This document shows, piece after piece, positions 17,150 through 27,451 of a stretch of DNA of 64,000 bases. Source of the stretch: Shigella virus Moo19; sequence record MZ358387; one strand, 5' to 3'. The notes below the pieces were generated by a model. It did no database searches. It saw only the letters and a list, made by a program, of their open reading frames with translations, and was not told where the DNA came from. Both the position numbers and the translations under genes were made by a program. Position 1 is the stretch's first letter. The number at the start of each line of letters is the position of its first letter.

Positions 17150-18460
17150 ATGTTTTCTAAACCTACCAAGTCCCCGTTGAACCAGGGGCAGAATGCTGTC
17201 GCAGACGCTTTCTTTGACTTCCTGCTTGACCCTAATCAGTCAGAGTTCAATATCAGTGGACCTGGGGGTACTGGTAAGACTTACCTCATGTCTCACCTGA
17301 TTGATGACACGATGCCACGTTACATGGAAACATGTGAACTGATGGGTACTAAACCCATGTATCAGGAAGTTGTCATGACAGCGACGACTAACAAGGCTGC
17401 TGAAGTACTGGCTCGTGCTACTGGGCGTCCTACGTCTACGTATCACTCATTCCAGGGACTGACTGTTAAGAACGACTTTAAGACTGGTGACAGTAATGTA
17501 ATTCCGTCCAAGTCATTCAGTGTTAAACGAAACAAAATCATCTTTATTGATGAAGCGTCAATGATTGACCGTCAGTTACTGAAGTATGCCCGTGAGGGAA
17601 CTCATAACAGTAAGCTGGTATTCGTAGGTGATGCAAGTCAGCTACTGCCAGTAAAAGAAAACAAGTCACCAGTATATGCTGGTAACATCCCGACTCACTA
17701 TCTGACCCAGCAGATGCGTACCGACCAGCCAGAACTGAAAGCATTGCACCAGCAACTGCGAGATACAGTTAACGGCGTAACGGGATTCCTGCCAATCAAA
17801 TGTGTACCGGGAGTTATCGACTGGGTACAAGGCGAGGAGATGGAGAAGCTGGTACTTGACCACTTCACCCAACCTACTGATAGCCGTATTGTGGCCTACA
17901 CGAATGACCAGGTTATTAATTACAATAACTACATTCGTGGTGCTAATGGTCACACTGGCGAATACAAAGTAGGTGAGAAACTCGTTTCTAACTCTGCTGT
18001 AGCAGTTACTGCCGAAGACCGTCTGTCTATTGAACAGGAAGTCGAAATCATCGACCAAGACAGTGCAACTCGTATGATTCGTGTCGTTAACGACATTGAA
18101 TTAGAAGTACGGGATAGCACTCTTGACCTGGGTTACGGTGGTATCGTCAGCAGTGTACCTGTTCCGACTGACCCAGATTATTTCAACCGTTTGGTTAAAT
18201 GGCTGGGTAAGGATAAGAACTGGGAACCCTATTTCCGTATGAAGGAAACTATCCCAGACCTCCGTGCTCTACATGCCTGTACTGTTCACAAGTCACAAGG
18301 CTCGACTTACGACACTATCTTCATTGATGCTTCCGACCTCTCAAGCTGTCGCCAACCTGACATGGTTGCCCGTCTGCTTTATGTCGCAGTATCCCGTGCT
18401 CGTAAACGAGTTGTGTTCTATGGTGACCTGGCTCAGAAATACGGTGGCCTTACCTACTAG
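17150..18460 (+). CDS. SF1 DNA helicase (Dda/RecD-like)
   Basis: GGAG then ATG 17150. Walker A 'GPGGTGKT', Walker B 'IIFIDEASM', motif 'VGDASQL'. Confidence 0.7.
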   Translation: MFSKPTKSPLNQGQNAVADAFFDFLLDPNQSEFNISGPGGTGKTYLMSHLIDDTMPRYMETCELMGTKPMYQEVVMTATTNKAAEVLARATGRPTSTYHSFQGLTVKNDFKTGDSNVIPSKSFSVKRNKIIFIDEASMIDRQLLKYAREGTHNSKLVFVGDASQLLPVKENKSPVYAGNIPTHYLTQQMRTDQPELKALHQQLRDTVNGVTGFLPIKCVPGVIDWVQGEEMEKLVLDHFTQPTDSRIVAYTNDQVINYNNYIRGANGHTGEYKVGEKLVSNSAVAVTAEDRLSIEQEVEIIDQDSATRMIRVVNDIELEVRDSTLDLGYGGIVSSVPVPTDPDYFNRLVKWLGKDKNWEPYFRMKETIPDLRALHACTVHKSQGSTYDTIFIDASDLSSCRQPDMVARLLYVAVSRARKRVVFYGDLAQKYGGLTY

Positions 18461-18468
18461 GAGGAACT

Positions 18469-18999
18469 ATGGCACAGATAGGAACCAGAACGATTAACGA
18501 CATTTCCAACAGTAGTGAAATCGTTAAACATTTGTTCTTCGCTGAATTAACCCGTCTGGATGATGTGCTTAACAAGCTCATTGACCAGAATGACCGTATT
18601 CACGGTATAGATATATCAGCAGGATTCATGTATCAGGGGGAGTATTACCTACGTTCCAACGCAAGCCGTGCACCAACCTACGGTGAGAGACTCATGCTTA
18701 ACCCAGAACTCTGGGAAAAGATGAATAATTATCTCAAAGCTGCTAGTCGTCTGGTCATGGAAGTGCATCTGGTAAACCAGACCGTATTCCGTCTGGTTCG
18801 TGGTTGTATGACCTATCAGGATGTACGTGATGCTCTACCTGAATGTCTGGTAGCGCAAGACCAGTCAGGACGTTATAAAGGGCTGGAGCGTACTCGTGAG
18901 GCTGCTTGGACACTGGCTGGTGACAAACGTGCACTAGAACAGTACGAAAAGATTTTGCCTTCGATTGAATATTACGCTGCTGCCCACTTAATCTTCTAA
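18469..18999 (+). CDS. hypothetical protein
   Basis: AGGAGG then ATG 18469. Confidence 0.5.
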   Translation: MAQIGTRTINDISNSSEIVKHLFFAELTRLDDVLNKLIDQNDRIHGIDISAGFMYQGEYYLRSNASRAPTYGERLMLNPELWEKMNNYLKAASRLVMEVHLVNQTVFRLVRGCMTYQDVRDALPECLVAQDQSGRYKGLERTREAAWTLAGDKRALEQYEKILPSIEYYAAAHLIF

Positions 19000-19009
19000 G
19001 AGGGAAGCT

Positions 19010-21589
19010 ATGCGTCATATCGTATCCCATGATTCCGGCAAGTATCCTATTGCCATTCTGTCTACCCGACTCAACAGGGAAGACATGATAAAAACCTATC
19101 TGCACCCCGACCAGTTATCTATGGAAGATTTTATCTTCCTGGAACTGCATTCTGCACCGGGTAAAAAGAAAACTCCTGCCAAGGAAATGAAGGAGTTTAT
19201 TCAGTCAGAGTTGCAGCAAGTGCTCGACACTGCTGAGACTAAGTACGTTATCTGTACTGACTCTGACTACTTTAAGGTGCTGACTAAGGAAACTAAAGCT
19301 GAAGCCAACTTAGGCTACATCGTTGATTCCATCTGGGGTGACCAGAAAGTTATCTATGTGCCTAACTACAGACAGGTCTTTTATGACCCACCTGTGGTTA
19401 AGGCCAAGATTAAACAAGGGATGGATGCTTTACTCAACCATATCCGGGGGCAGTATGCTGAACCAGGACAAGGAATAATTGAGTTTGAAGCCTATCCCCG
19501 TACTAACCAGGAAATCAAAGCATGGCTTGACCAGTTGCTTGAGATGAATAAGCCATTGGCAATAGACATCGAAGCATTCGGTTTAAAGCACTATAACGCA
19601 GGCATAGGAACGATTACGTTCTGCTGGAGTAAGACACAGGGCATTGCCTTCAACGTCGATTACGAGCCGATTGTAGGGGCTACACAGCCACCTTACGGAC
19701 GAGTTAACCGTAACGACATTGTTCGTAACCTGTTACGTGACTTCTTCATGAAGTACATGCAACGGCAGATATATCACAATATCAGCTATGACGTGTATGT
19801 CCTCATCTATCAGTTGTTCATGGACAACCTGATTGATACAGGAGGACTGCTTGACGGCATGGACGTAATGCTTCGTAACTGGGACTGTACAAAACTGATT
19901 ACCTATCTGGCTACAAATAGCTGTGCTGGTAATCACCTTAGCTTGAAGGAACAAGCTCAAGAATACGCTGGTAACTATGCTCAGGATGACATTAAAGACA
20001 TCTGTCAGATTCCTAATGACCAACTGCTGCGTTACAACCTCATAGATGGTCTATGTACCTGGTACACCTATGAGAAGCACTGGGATACTCTGGTAGCTGA
20101 TGACCAACTGGATGTTTACAACAACATCTTTAAGCCAGCATGTGAGGATATTATTCAGATGCAGCTTACGGGTATGCCCATGAACATGGACACCGTAAAT
20201 GAAGTTGCAACTGAGATGGAACAAGACCGGAACCGGGCAATGAAGACTATCCAGAGTAGCACTCTGGTTAAGAACTTCACCCTGCATCTTCGTCAGAAGT
20301 GGGTAGACGAAAAGAATCAGAAGCTGAAAAAGAAACGAGTAACACTGGCTGATTGTAACCTTGAGTTTAATCCAAACTCTGGGCCACAACTGCAAGATTT
20401 GTTATTCGAATTCATAGGCTTACCTGTATTAGGTCTGACTAAGAGCAAGCAACCTGCTACCGATGGTGACACCATTAAAGCTCTACGAAGTCACACCAAA
20501 AATGACGACGTTAAGGAACTGCTCAATGCACTTATCGACTATAAGCTTGTGGATAAGATTATCACTAGCTTCATCCCAGCCTTCCGTAATGCTCAGCCAG
20601 GGCCAGATGGATGGCACTACTTATTCGGCAACCTCAACCTTGGGGGAACTGTATCTGGACGGCTGTCGGCAAGCGAGCCTAACCTTCAGACAATACCATC
20701 TGGTTCGAAATATGCTAAGGCAATAAAACGTTGCTTCCAAGCACCACCGGGATGGATATTCTGTGGATTAGACTTTGCCTCACTGGAGGACAGAATCTCT
20801 GCACTGACTACGAAAGACCCTCAGAAACTTAAGGTATATACCGATGGTTACGATGGTCATAGTCTTCGTGCATATGCTTACTTCGGTGAGCAAATGCCCG
20901 ACATCGTAGACACAGTTGAGTCAATTAATTCCATTCAAGAGAAGTACAAACACTTGCGTGGTGACTCTAAAGCCCCAACATTCTTGCTTACTTATGGTGG
21001 CACGTATATGGGCTTGATGAAAAACTGTGGATTCTCGGAAGAGAAAGCTAAGACAACAGAGAAACGTTATCACGACCTCTATACGGTCAGTGATGCGTGG
21101 GTACAGGCTAAGCTGGACGAAGCTGCCAAAACTGGTTATGTTACTGCCGCATTCGGTTTGAGAGTGCGTACTCCTTTACTGGCTCAGGTATTACGTGGGA
21201 CATGTAAGACTCCGTATGAGGCAGAAGCTGAAGGCCGAACTGCTGGTAATGCTTTAGGGCAAAGCTGGTGTCTGCTTAATAACCGTGCTGGTTCAGAGTT
21301 CATGCGTAAAGTCAGAACCAGTGAGTTCAGGCTGGATATCCGACCGAGTATTCATATTCATGATGCTCAGTACTTCATGATTCGTGACAACATGGACACG
21401 TTGCAGTTTACCAACAAGCACCTCGTTGATGCAGTTAACTGGCAGAATCACCCGGATATTGCCCATCCAGATGTTGGTCTGGGTGGAGAGCTATCTTTAT
21501 TCTACCCAACGTGGGCTAACGAGATTGTCATTCCAAATCACGCTACCCCGGAAGAAGTTCATTCAACAATTCAAAAGGCATTTTCATGA
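19010..21589 (+). CDS. family A DNA polymerase
   Basis: 859 aa in the replication module. Pol I-type motif 'RLSASEPNLQ' and a candidate exonuclease motif 'LAIDIEAFG'. Confidence 0.75.
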   Translation: MRHIVSHDSGKYPIAILSTRLNREDMIKTYLHPDQLSMEDFIFLELHSAPGKKKTPAKEMKEFIQSELQQVLDTAETKYVICTDSDYFKVLTKETKAEANLGYIVDSIWGDQKVIYVPNYRQVFYDPPVVKAKIKQGMDALLNHIRGQYAEPGQGIIEFEAYPRTNQEIKAWLDQLLEMNKPLAIDIEAFGLKHYNAGIGTITFCWSKTQGIAFNVDYEPIVGATQPPYGRVNRNDIVRNLLRDFFMKYMQRQIYHNISYDVYVLIYQLFMDNLIDTGGLLDGMDVMLRNWDCTKLITYLATNSCAGNHLSLKEQAQEYAGNYAQDDIKDICQIPNDQLLRYNLIDGLCTWYTYEKHWDTLVADDQLDVYNNIFKPACEDIIQMQLTGMPMNMDTVNEVATEMEQDRNRAMKTIQSSTLVKNFTLHLRQKWVDEKNQKLKKKRVTLADCNLEFNPNSGPQLQDLLFEFIGLPVLGLTKSKQPATDGDTIKALRSHTKNDDVKELLNALIDYKLVDKIITSFIPAFRNAQPGPDGWHYLFGNLNLGGTVSGRLSASEPNLQTIPSGSKYAKAIKRCFQAPPGWIFCGLDFASLEDRISALTTKDPQKLKVYTDGYDGHSLRAYAYFGEQMPDIVDTVESINSIQEKYKHLRGDSKAPTFLLTYGGTYMGLMKNCGFSEEKAKTTEKRYHDLYTVSDAWVQAKLDEAAKTGYVTAAFGLRVRTPLLAQVLRGTCKTPYEAEAEGRTAGNALGQSWCLLNNRAGSEFMRKVRTSEFRLDIRPSIHIHDAQYFMIRDNMDTLQFTNKHLVDAVNWQNHPDIAHPDVGLGGELSLFYPTWANEIVIPNHATPEEVHSTIQKAFS

Positions 21590-21897
21590 CCAAAGAAACC
21601 CAAAAAGAAGATAAAGCCATGCACCACTGGATGGTATCTGCACAGGTTGTATTTACCAACAAAGATGCCAGTGATGGTGGCGTACTTCCAATGAATGCCA
21701 TTCTGCTGACCGAGCAACAGTATGTTAACGCTGCTTCTCTGGCACAGGCTCAACGTACTCTGACAGCAAATACGATGGAACGTATGCAAGCCCCAGATAT
21801 GGGTATTGTTGATATCGTATTTATGGGTATCAGCTATCTGGGTCACATGACTCAGGCAGGCTTCAACCCGGATAACTCAGTTAAGCCGGGGGTCTGA
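21586..21897 (+). CDS. hypothetical protein
   Basis: ATGA overlap with the DNA polymerase gene. Confidence 0.5.
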   Translation: MTKETQKEDKAMHHWMVSAQVVFTNKDASDGGVLPMNAILLTEQQYVNAASLAQAQRTLTANTMERMQAPDMGIVDIVFMGISYLGHMTQAGFNPDNSVKPGV

Positions 21898-21898
21898 T

Positions 21899-22177
21899 AT
21901 GACTAAGCTCTCCGGTGGTCTTAATAACTGGTATGTAGTACCAGTAAAAAATCCCCAACGGAAAGAGCAAGAGCCATATCAGGCAGAGTGTGAGGATATT
22001 ATCCAGGCACTGGGCATGACCTTCGATGAAGGTTGTGCCTTTAAAGCCTTATGGCGAAATGCTGCTGCTCGTATGGGTAATGGTAAACCAGGCAACACTG
22101 CTGTTTACGATGCTCAAAAAATGGTGCATTACACCACTCGTGTATTGAATAAGGAGTTAGCTGATGAAGATAACTAA
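21899..22177 (+). CDS. hypothetical protein
   Basis: ATG 21899, 1 nt after the upstream stop. Confidence 0.45.
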   Translation: MTKLSGGLNNWYVVPVKNPQRKEQEPYQAECEDIIQALGMTFDEGCAFKALWRNAAARMGNGKPGNTAVYDAQKMVHYTTRVLNKELADEDN

Positions 22178-23144
22178 TGAACATGACGTAAGTCTGGCCT
22201 TAGCTGTCTGGCTCCTGTACGACGAATATGACTATGTGGATAATCCGAAGTATCTTTCGGCTACCACACTGCTTAAACCACTTAAGCAGATTGTCATGAA
22301 GCACCGTGTTGACTTCAGCAATGAGTCAATCGATGTGATGGACTTTGCTCAGGCTTCGATGGGTACTGGTTTACACGACTCTATCGAGAAAGCATGGAAG
22401 TTAGGCCATAAGTCTGCACTCAAGAAACTGGGATACCCAGACCGTGTTGTTAATGCTGTAGTCATTAACCCTACCAAAGAAGATTTCGATAAGAACCCGA
22501 ATTTAATTCCGGTGTATATCGAACGTCGTGGAACCAAGAACCTCAGAGGCTGGCTCATTGGGGGTAAGTTCGACATTGTAACAGAAGGTCTGTTGCAGGA
22601 CTTTAAGTCCACCTCAACCTATTCCTGGGTTGCAGGTTCCCGTGACGACGAACATAAAATGCAAGGTAGCATCTACCGTTGGATTCACGATGATGTAATC
22701 ACAGAGGATGTGATTCGCATTAACTACATTTTTACCGACTTCGTTAAGTACATGGCAGCAAATAATCCGAAGTATCCTGCCCGTCGCATTATGCACAAAG
22801 ATATTCCGTTGCTGTCTTACGAACGTACTGAAGCCTGGCTAAATGAAAAGCTACAGCTTATTGAGAAGTACTGGGATGCTCCTGAAAGTGAAATCCCTGA
22901 GTGTACTGACGAAGAGCTGTGGCGAACTGAGCCACAGTTTAAGTATTTTTCTGACCCAACAAAGGTAGATGTACCCGGAGCGAGAAGTACTAAGAACTTT
23001 GATGACATGATTTCTGCTCGCAAATTCATGGCTGAAAAAGGTGGTAAGGGTGCAATCAAAGTAGTCGAGGGACAAGTTAAACGCTGCGAGTATTGTGCCG
23101 TAGCACCTATTTGTAAACAAAGAGAGAGATATTTCCCATCATGA
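22164..23144 (+). CDS. PD-(D/E)xK nuclease with C-terminal Cys cluster (RecB/Cas4-like)
   Basis: AAGGAG then ATG 22164. 'GKFDIVTEGLLQDFKST' fits a D...D-x-K active site; C-terminal 'CEYCAVAPIC' cysteine cluster. Confidence 0.55.
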   Translation: MKITNEHDVSLALAVWLLYDEYDYVDNPKYLSATTLLKPLKQIVMKHRVDFSNESIDVMDFAQASMGTGLHDSIEKAWKLGHKSALKKLGYPDRVVNAVVINPTKEDFDKNPNLIPVYIERRGTKNLRGWLIGGKFDIVTEGLLQDFKSTSTYSWVAGSRDDEHKMQGSIYRWIHDDVITEDVIRINYIFTDFVKYMAANNPKYPARRIMHKDIPLLSYERTEAWLNEKLQLIEKYWDAPESEIPECTDEELWRTEPQFKYFSDPTKVDVPGARSTKNFDDMISARKFMAEKGGKGAIKVVEGQVKRCEYCAVAPICKQRERYFPS

Positions 23145-23656
23145 GTAAGCTGACTCAGCAACGGCTGAAAGAGTTGCTGCATTATGACCCATTAACTGGG
23201 ATATTCACTCGCCGCATTTCTTTAAGCAACCGCACACCAGTAGGTAGCGTTGCTGGGTCACTTAATAAAAGTGACGGCTACGTCTACATAACTGTTGATT
23301 CAATACGTGAATCTGCACATAGATTGGCTTGGTTGTATGAAAAAGGTGTTTGGCCTAAAGGTCTTATAGACCATAGGGATACAATACGTCATCACAACTG
23401 GATAGCAAATTTAAGGGAAGCAGATAAAAGTACTAATGGTGCTAACCGTGGACTGAATATAAACAACACCACTGGTTTTATGGGTGTTGCAAAATTCAGA
23501 AAGGGATACCGAGCAGCAATAAAGGTAAACCATAAATCATATTTTTTAGGCGTGTTTCCAAAGGCAAACGATGCAGCAAAAGTCTATGACCAAGCAGCTA
23601 TTGAACACTTTGGTGAATTTGCTGTCACTAACATGAGTTTAGGATTAATTACATGA
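23141..23656 (+). CDS. HNH endonuclease with AP2-type DNA-binding domain (homing endonuclease)
   Basis: HNH region 'GLIDHRDTIRHHNWIANL' followed by an AP2-like segment 'GFMGVAKFRKGYRAAIKVNHKSYFLGVFPKANDAAKVYDQAAIEHFGEFAVTN'. Confidence 0.7.
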   Translation: MSKLTQQRLKELLHYDPLTGIFTRRISLSNRTPVGSVAGSLNKSDGYVYITVDSIRESAHRLAWLYEKGVWPKGLIDHRDTIRHHNWIANLREADKSTNGANRGLNINNTTGFMGVAKFRKGYRAAIKVNHKSYFLGVFPKANDAAKVYDQAAIEHFGEFAVTNMSLGLIT

Positions 23657-25809
23657 GTATCGACCTTACTGGTATAAGCCACCATCCTGCAATTGAAGAA
23701 ATTGTGGATGTGTTGTGTAACAAGACACAAAATAACGACCGGGGGTTCTTCCGTGTCGAAGTAGCTTACTTCCTGGCTAAAATGGCATCCTGTATGGGTG
23801 CAACCATCGTCACTAAAGACCGTGGTGACCTGCCAGTAAACATCTATGCTATGGCGTTAGCTACGTCTGGCTTCGGTAAAGGTCACTCGGTAAATATCAT
23901 TGAAGATGGGTTCATGTCTGGATTCCGTAAACGTTTTATGGAAGACACCATGCCCGTCATCTCTAACGACCGTCTATGGCGTATTGCCAATGACCGTTCT
24001 GCAAGGAATGGTACTGACCAACAGGAAGAGTTTGATAAAGTTGAAGCTGAGTATAAACGTGCTGGTGCATATCCATTTACGTTTGACTCAGGTACTCCAC
24101 CAGCAGTTAAGCAATTACGCCATAAACTGTTAATGGCTGGCTGTGGTTCTATCAACCTACAGATTGACGAAATTGGTTCCAACTTGTTAGCCAACGTCGA
24201 TGTGCTGAATCTGTTCCTGGAGTTATATGACCAGGGTAAGGTTAAGCAGAAGCTGACCAAGAACACTGCCGAGAGCCAGCGAGGTGAGGAACTGGACGGT
24301 AAGACTCCAACTAATCTGCTGCTTTTTGGTACGCCAAGTAAACTGCTGGATGGTGGTCAGACCGAAGACCAGTACTATGACTTCCTGGACACTGGTTACG
24401 CACGTCGTTGTATCTTTGCTATCGGTCAAGTTGACCGTAAAGCCTATAACACAATGACTCCTGAAGAAATCTACCATAACCTGACTAAGCAGGATAATAC
24501 GGCATCGTTAAGTAAGTGGGCTAATAAGTTTCACGACTTAGCTGACCCAAATTTATTCGGCTTTAAGATGGTAGTAGAAGACGATGTAGGTATTGCCCTG
24601 ATTGCTTATAAAATTGACTGTGAAAGACAAGCTGAAGCTATGGCTGACCACGAAGAAATTCGTAAAGCTGAAATCTCTCACCGTTACTTTAAAGCACTCA
24701 AACTGGCTGGTGCATTGGCCTTTGTTGACCAAAGTTCATTTATTGAAATGGGTCACTTACAGCAAGCCATTCTGTTAGTAGAAGAGTCTGGTGCAGCATT
24801 CCAAACAATTCTGAATCGTGAGAAAGCTTACGTTAAGCTGGCTCGTTACATTGCCTCTGTAGGCAAGGAAGTAACTCACGCAGATTTGCTGGAGTCATTG
24901 CCATTCTATAAGAGTGGTAATGCAGCTCGTAATGAGATGATGACCCTTGCTACTGCATGGGGCTACAAACAGCACATTATTATTAAGAAGACCTTCAACG
25001 AAGGAATTGAGTTCTTCCGTGGGGAAACTCTGAAAGAAACCAATACTGATGAAATGGTAATCGCCTACAGTGATAACTTTGCTTATAACTACATTGGCGA
25101 AAAAGTACCATTCGACCAGCTTCATGTGCTGACCCAGCATGAGGGTATGCACTGGATTAACCACCACGTTAAGAACGGTCATCGTTCTGAAGAAAACGTT
25201 ATCGCTGGCTTTAACATGATTGTTATTGACTGTGATGGTGGCATTCCACTGAATACGTGCCATGAACTGATGAAAGATTATAAGTTCATGACGTATACCA
25301 CCAAACGTCACACAGATGACGAAAACCGTTTCCGTCTCATTCTGCCAATGAACTACCAACTCGAACTGGACACAGAAGAGTACAAGGAGTTCATGAATAA
25401 CGTTATGGCCTGGCTCCCGTTTGATACGGATGAATCAGCCAACCAACGTGCTAAGAAATGGATGTCTTGTGAGACAGGAACGTATCACTACAACCTTGAA
25501 GCTCCACTTCTGGATGTACGTGATTTCATTCCTCGAACCAGTAAGAACGAGCAATTCCGTCAGCATATGCAACAGGTTCAATCATTGGATAACCTGGAAC
25601 GTTGGTTTGCTGGGCGTATTGCCTCTGGCAACCGTAACAACCAGATGATTAAGTATGCCCTGGCTCTCGTAGACAGTGGCTGGGACTTTAATCAGGTTCA
25701 TAAGTCAGTGATGGAATTTAACAAGAAATTGTCTAATCCATTGCCAGACGATGAACTTAACTCAACTGTTATGGTCACTGTAGCGAAGAAATTCGCAGGC
25801 AGTAAGTAA
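23653..25809 (+). CDS. putative DNA primase (N4 gp43-like by size and position)
   Basis: 718-aa protein between the nuclease and ATPase/SSB genes; P-loop-like 'ATSGFGKGH'. Assignment rests on synteny. Confidence 0.4.
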   Translation: MSIDLTGISHHPAIEEIVDVLCNKTQNNDRGFFRVEVAYFLAKMASCMGATIVTKDRGDLPVNIYAMALATSGFGKGHSVNIIEDGFMSGFRKRFMEDTMPVISNDRLWRIANDRSARNGTDQQEEFDKVEAEYKRAGAYPFTFDSGTPPAVKQLRHKLLMAGCGSINLQIDEIGSNLLANVDVLNLFLELYDQGKVKQKLTKNTAESQRGEELDGKTPTNLLLFGTPSKLLDGGQTEDQYYDFLDTGYARRCIFAIGQVDRKAYNTMTPEEIYHNLTKQDNTASLSKWANKFHDLADPNLFGFKMVVEDDVGIALIAYKIDCERQAEAMADHEEIRKAEISHRYFKALKLAGALAFVDQSSFIEMGHLQQAILLVEESGAAFQTILNREKAYVKLARYIASVGKEVTHADLLESLPFYKSGNAARNEMMTLATAWGYKQHIIIKKTFNEGIEFFRGETLKETNTDEMVIAYSDNFAYNYIGEKVPFDQLHVLTQHEGMHWINHHVKNGHRSEENVIAGFNMIVIDCDGGIPLNTCHELMKDYKFMTYTTKRHTDDENRFRLILPMNYQLELDTEEYKEFMNNVMAWLPFDTDESANQRAKKWMSCETGTYHYNLEAPLLDVRDFIPRTSKNEQFRQHMQQVQSLDNLERWFAGRIASGNRNNQMIKYALALVDSGWDFNQVHKSVMEFNKKLSNPLPDDELNSTVMVTVAKKFAGSK

Positions 25810-25864
25810 GAAACCGGGAGTCTTTCTTTGGTTTGAAGGACTCCCAATTAACCGAGGAAAAGTA

Positions 25865-26620
25865 ATGTCCGAAGAATTAGTCGCCAATGACATGAACACA
25901 CAATTGATTCTGATTGCTGGGTTCTCTGCGAGTGGTAAATCAGCGTCACTCCGTAACTTACGGAACCAAGAACGCTGGTTGTATCTGAATACCGAAGCAG
26001 GTAAACGTCTGCCATTCCGTAACAAGTTTCAGTCCTACAACATCGAAGACCCGTATCAAATCTGGGAAGCGTTCGATGCTGCATCACCTGGTGGTGATAT
26101 GGCTAATGACATTGATGGCATCATCATTGACTCAGCCACATTTATGATGGATATGCTGGAATCCCAGTATGTACTTCCATCAGCAAACACCCAGAAAGCC
26201 TGGGGGGACTTTGCTCAGTTCTTCAAAATTCTGCTTCAGCAGAAGGTTGTTAAGTTTGGTAAGCCAGTGATTATCACGGCTCATGCCAAAGACGAACTGG
26301 ACGAAGCAGCAGGTATCATGAAGACGTTCATTCCAGTGAAAGGTTCGCTGAAGAATAACGGCCTGGAAGCATACTTCTCAACTGTCGTTTACGCAGAGCG
26401 TGTAGACATTAAGGAACTAGAGAAGTATGGCAATAAGATGCTGGAGATTACGGAAGAAGAACGTGACTTAGGTTATAAACACGTATTCCAGACTCGCCCG
26501 ACTAAGAAATCTGTCGGTAAGCGTCTTCGTTCACCAATGGGTATGTTCGAGAAGTCAGAGACTTATATCGATAACGATGCCCAGAAACTGCTCGACCACC
26601 TGGCTGAATACTACGCTTAA
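25865..26620 (+). CDS. RecA-fold P-loop ATPase (Sak4-like)
   Basis: GAGGA then ATG 25865. Walker A 'GFSASGKS', Walker B-like 'GIIIDSA'. Confidence 0.5.
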   Translation: MSEELVANDMNTQLILIAGFSASGKSASLRNLRNQERWLYLNTEAGKRLPFRNKFQSYNIEDPYQIWEAFDAASPGGDMANDIDGIIIDSATFMMDMLESQYVLPSANTQKAWGDFAQFFKILLQQKVVKFGKPVIITAHAKDELDEAAGIMKTFIPVKGSLKNNGLEAYFSTVVYAERVDIKELEKYGNKMLEITEEERDLGYKHVFQTRPTKKSVGKRLRSPMGMFEKSETYIDNDAQKLLDHLAEYYA

Positions 26621-26659
26621 GCGTTTGCCTGGTTGTTAATAACTTATTAGGAAAATCAC

Positions 26660-27451
26660 ATGTCAAATCTGTTTGGTAATCTGAAAGACAAAACCAAAAA
26701 CGCTGAAGCTACTAAAGACTCCCTGGGTGGTGGCTTCGGTGCTAAAGAAACTGACATCTACACTGGTGTTGTGAAAGTTGCCTACGTAGGCAAAGCTGAC
26801 TCCGGTGCTGACTGGATGCAGCTTATCATCGAAGAACTGAAGAACTCTGACGGTGCACCTGCTGGTGAATACCGTGAGCAAGTCTACTTCACTTCCGGTA
26901 AAGAAAAAGGCAACAAGCCTACTTACGAGAAGAACGGTAAGGAATACTTCCTGCCTGGTTACACCACCATCAACGATATGATGTTGATGACTACTGGCAA
27001 AGAACTGTTCGAAGCTGACTTCGAAGAGAAGATTGTCAAAGTGTATGACTTCGACCAGCAAGCCGAAGTTAACAAGTCTGTCATGGTTCCAGTCGAAATG
27101 ATTGGTCAGCCAATCACCATTGCGATTGAAAAAGTTCTGGAGAACAAACAGTCCAAAGGTGACGACGGTAAGTACTACGACAACGGTGAAACCCGTGAAG
27201 TAAACAACATCCAGAAAGTGTTCCACCCGGAACTGTTGGTTACTGTTGTTGAAGCTCGTGAAGCCGAAAAAGCAGAGAAAGACCTGACGCCTGAACTGGC
27301 TCAGTTCCATGCTGCATGGCTGGATAAGAACAAAGGTAAAACCCGTGATAAAACCAGCAAGACTGGTGGCAAAGCGGGTACTCCACCTAAACCAGGTTCT
27401 ACTGGTGGTTCTGCTCCGGCTGGTGGTAAGTCTCTGTTCGGTAAGAAATAA
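26660..27451 (+). CDS. putative single-stranded DNA-binding protein (N4 gp45-like by size and position)
   Basis: 263 aa with a Gly/Lys/Thr-rich flexible C-terminus ('KTGGKAGTPPKPGSTGGSAPAGGKSLFGKK'). Confidence 0.45.
   Translation: MSNLFGNLKDKTKNAEATKDSLGGGFGAKETDIYTGVVKVAYVGKADSGADWMQLIIEELKNSDGAPAGEYREQVYFTSGKEKGNKPTYEKNGKEYFLPGYTTINDMMLMTTGKELFEADFEEKIVKVYDFDQQAEVNKSVMVPVEMIGQPITIAIEKVLENKQSKGDDGKYYDNGETREVNNIQKVFHPELLVTVVEAREAEKAEKDLTPELAQFHAAWLDKNKGKTRDKTSKTGGKAGTPPKPGSTGGSAPAGGKSLFGKK

Noticed and set aside
25816-25845. Inverted repeat gggagtc...gactccc after the primase-like gene as a terminator
   Set aside because: The loop is 16 nt and no U-tract follows, so an intrinsic terminator is unlikely; it may be an RNA structure or nothing.
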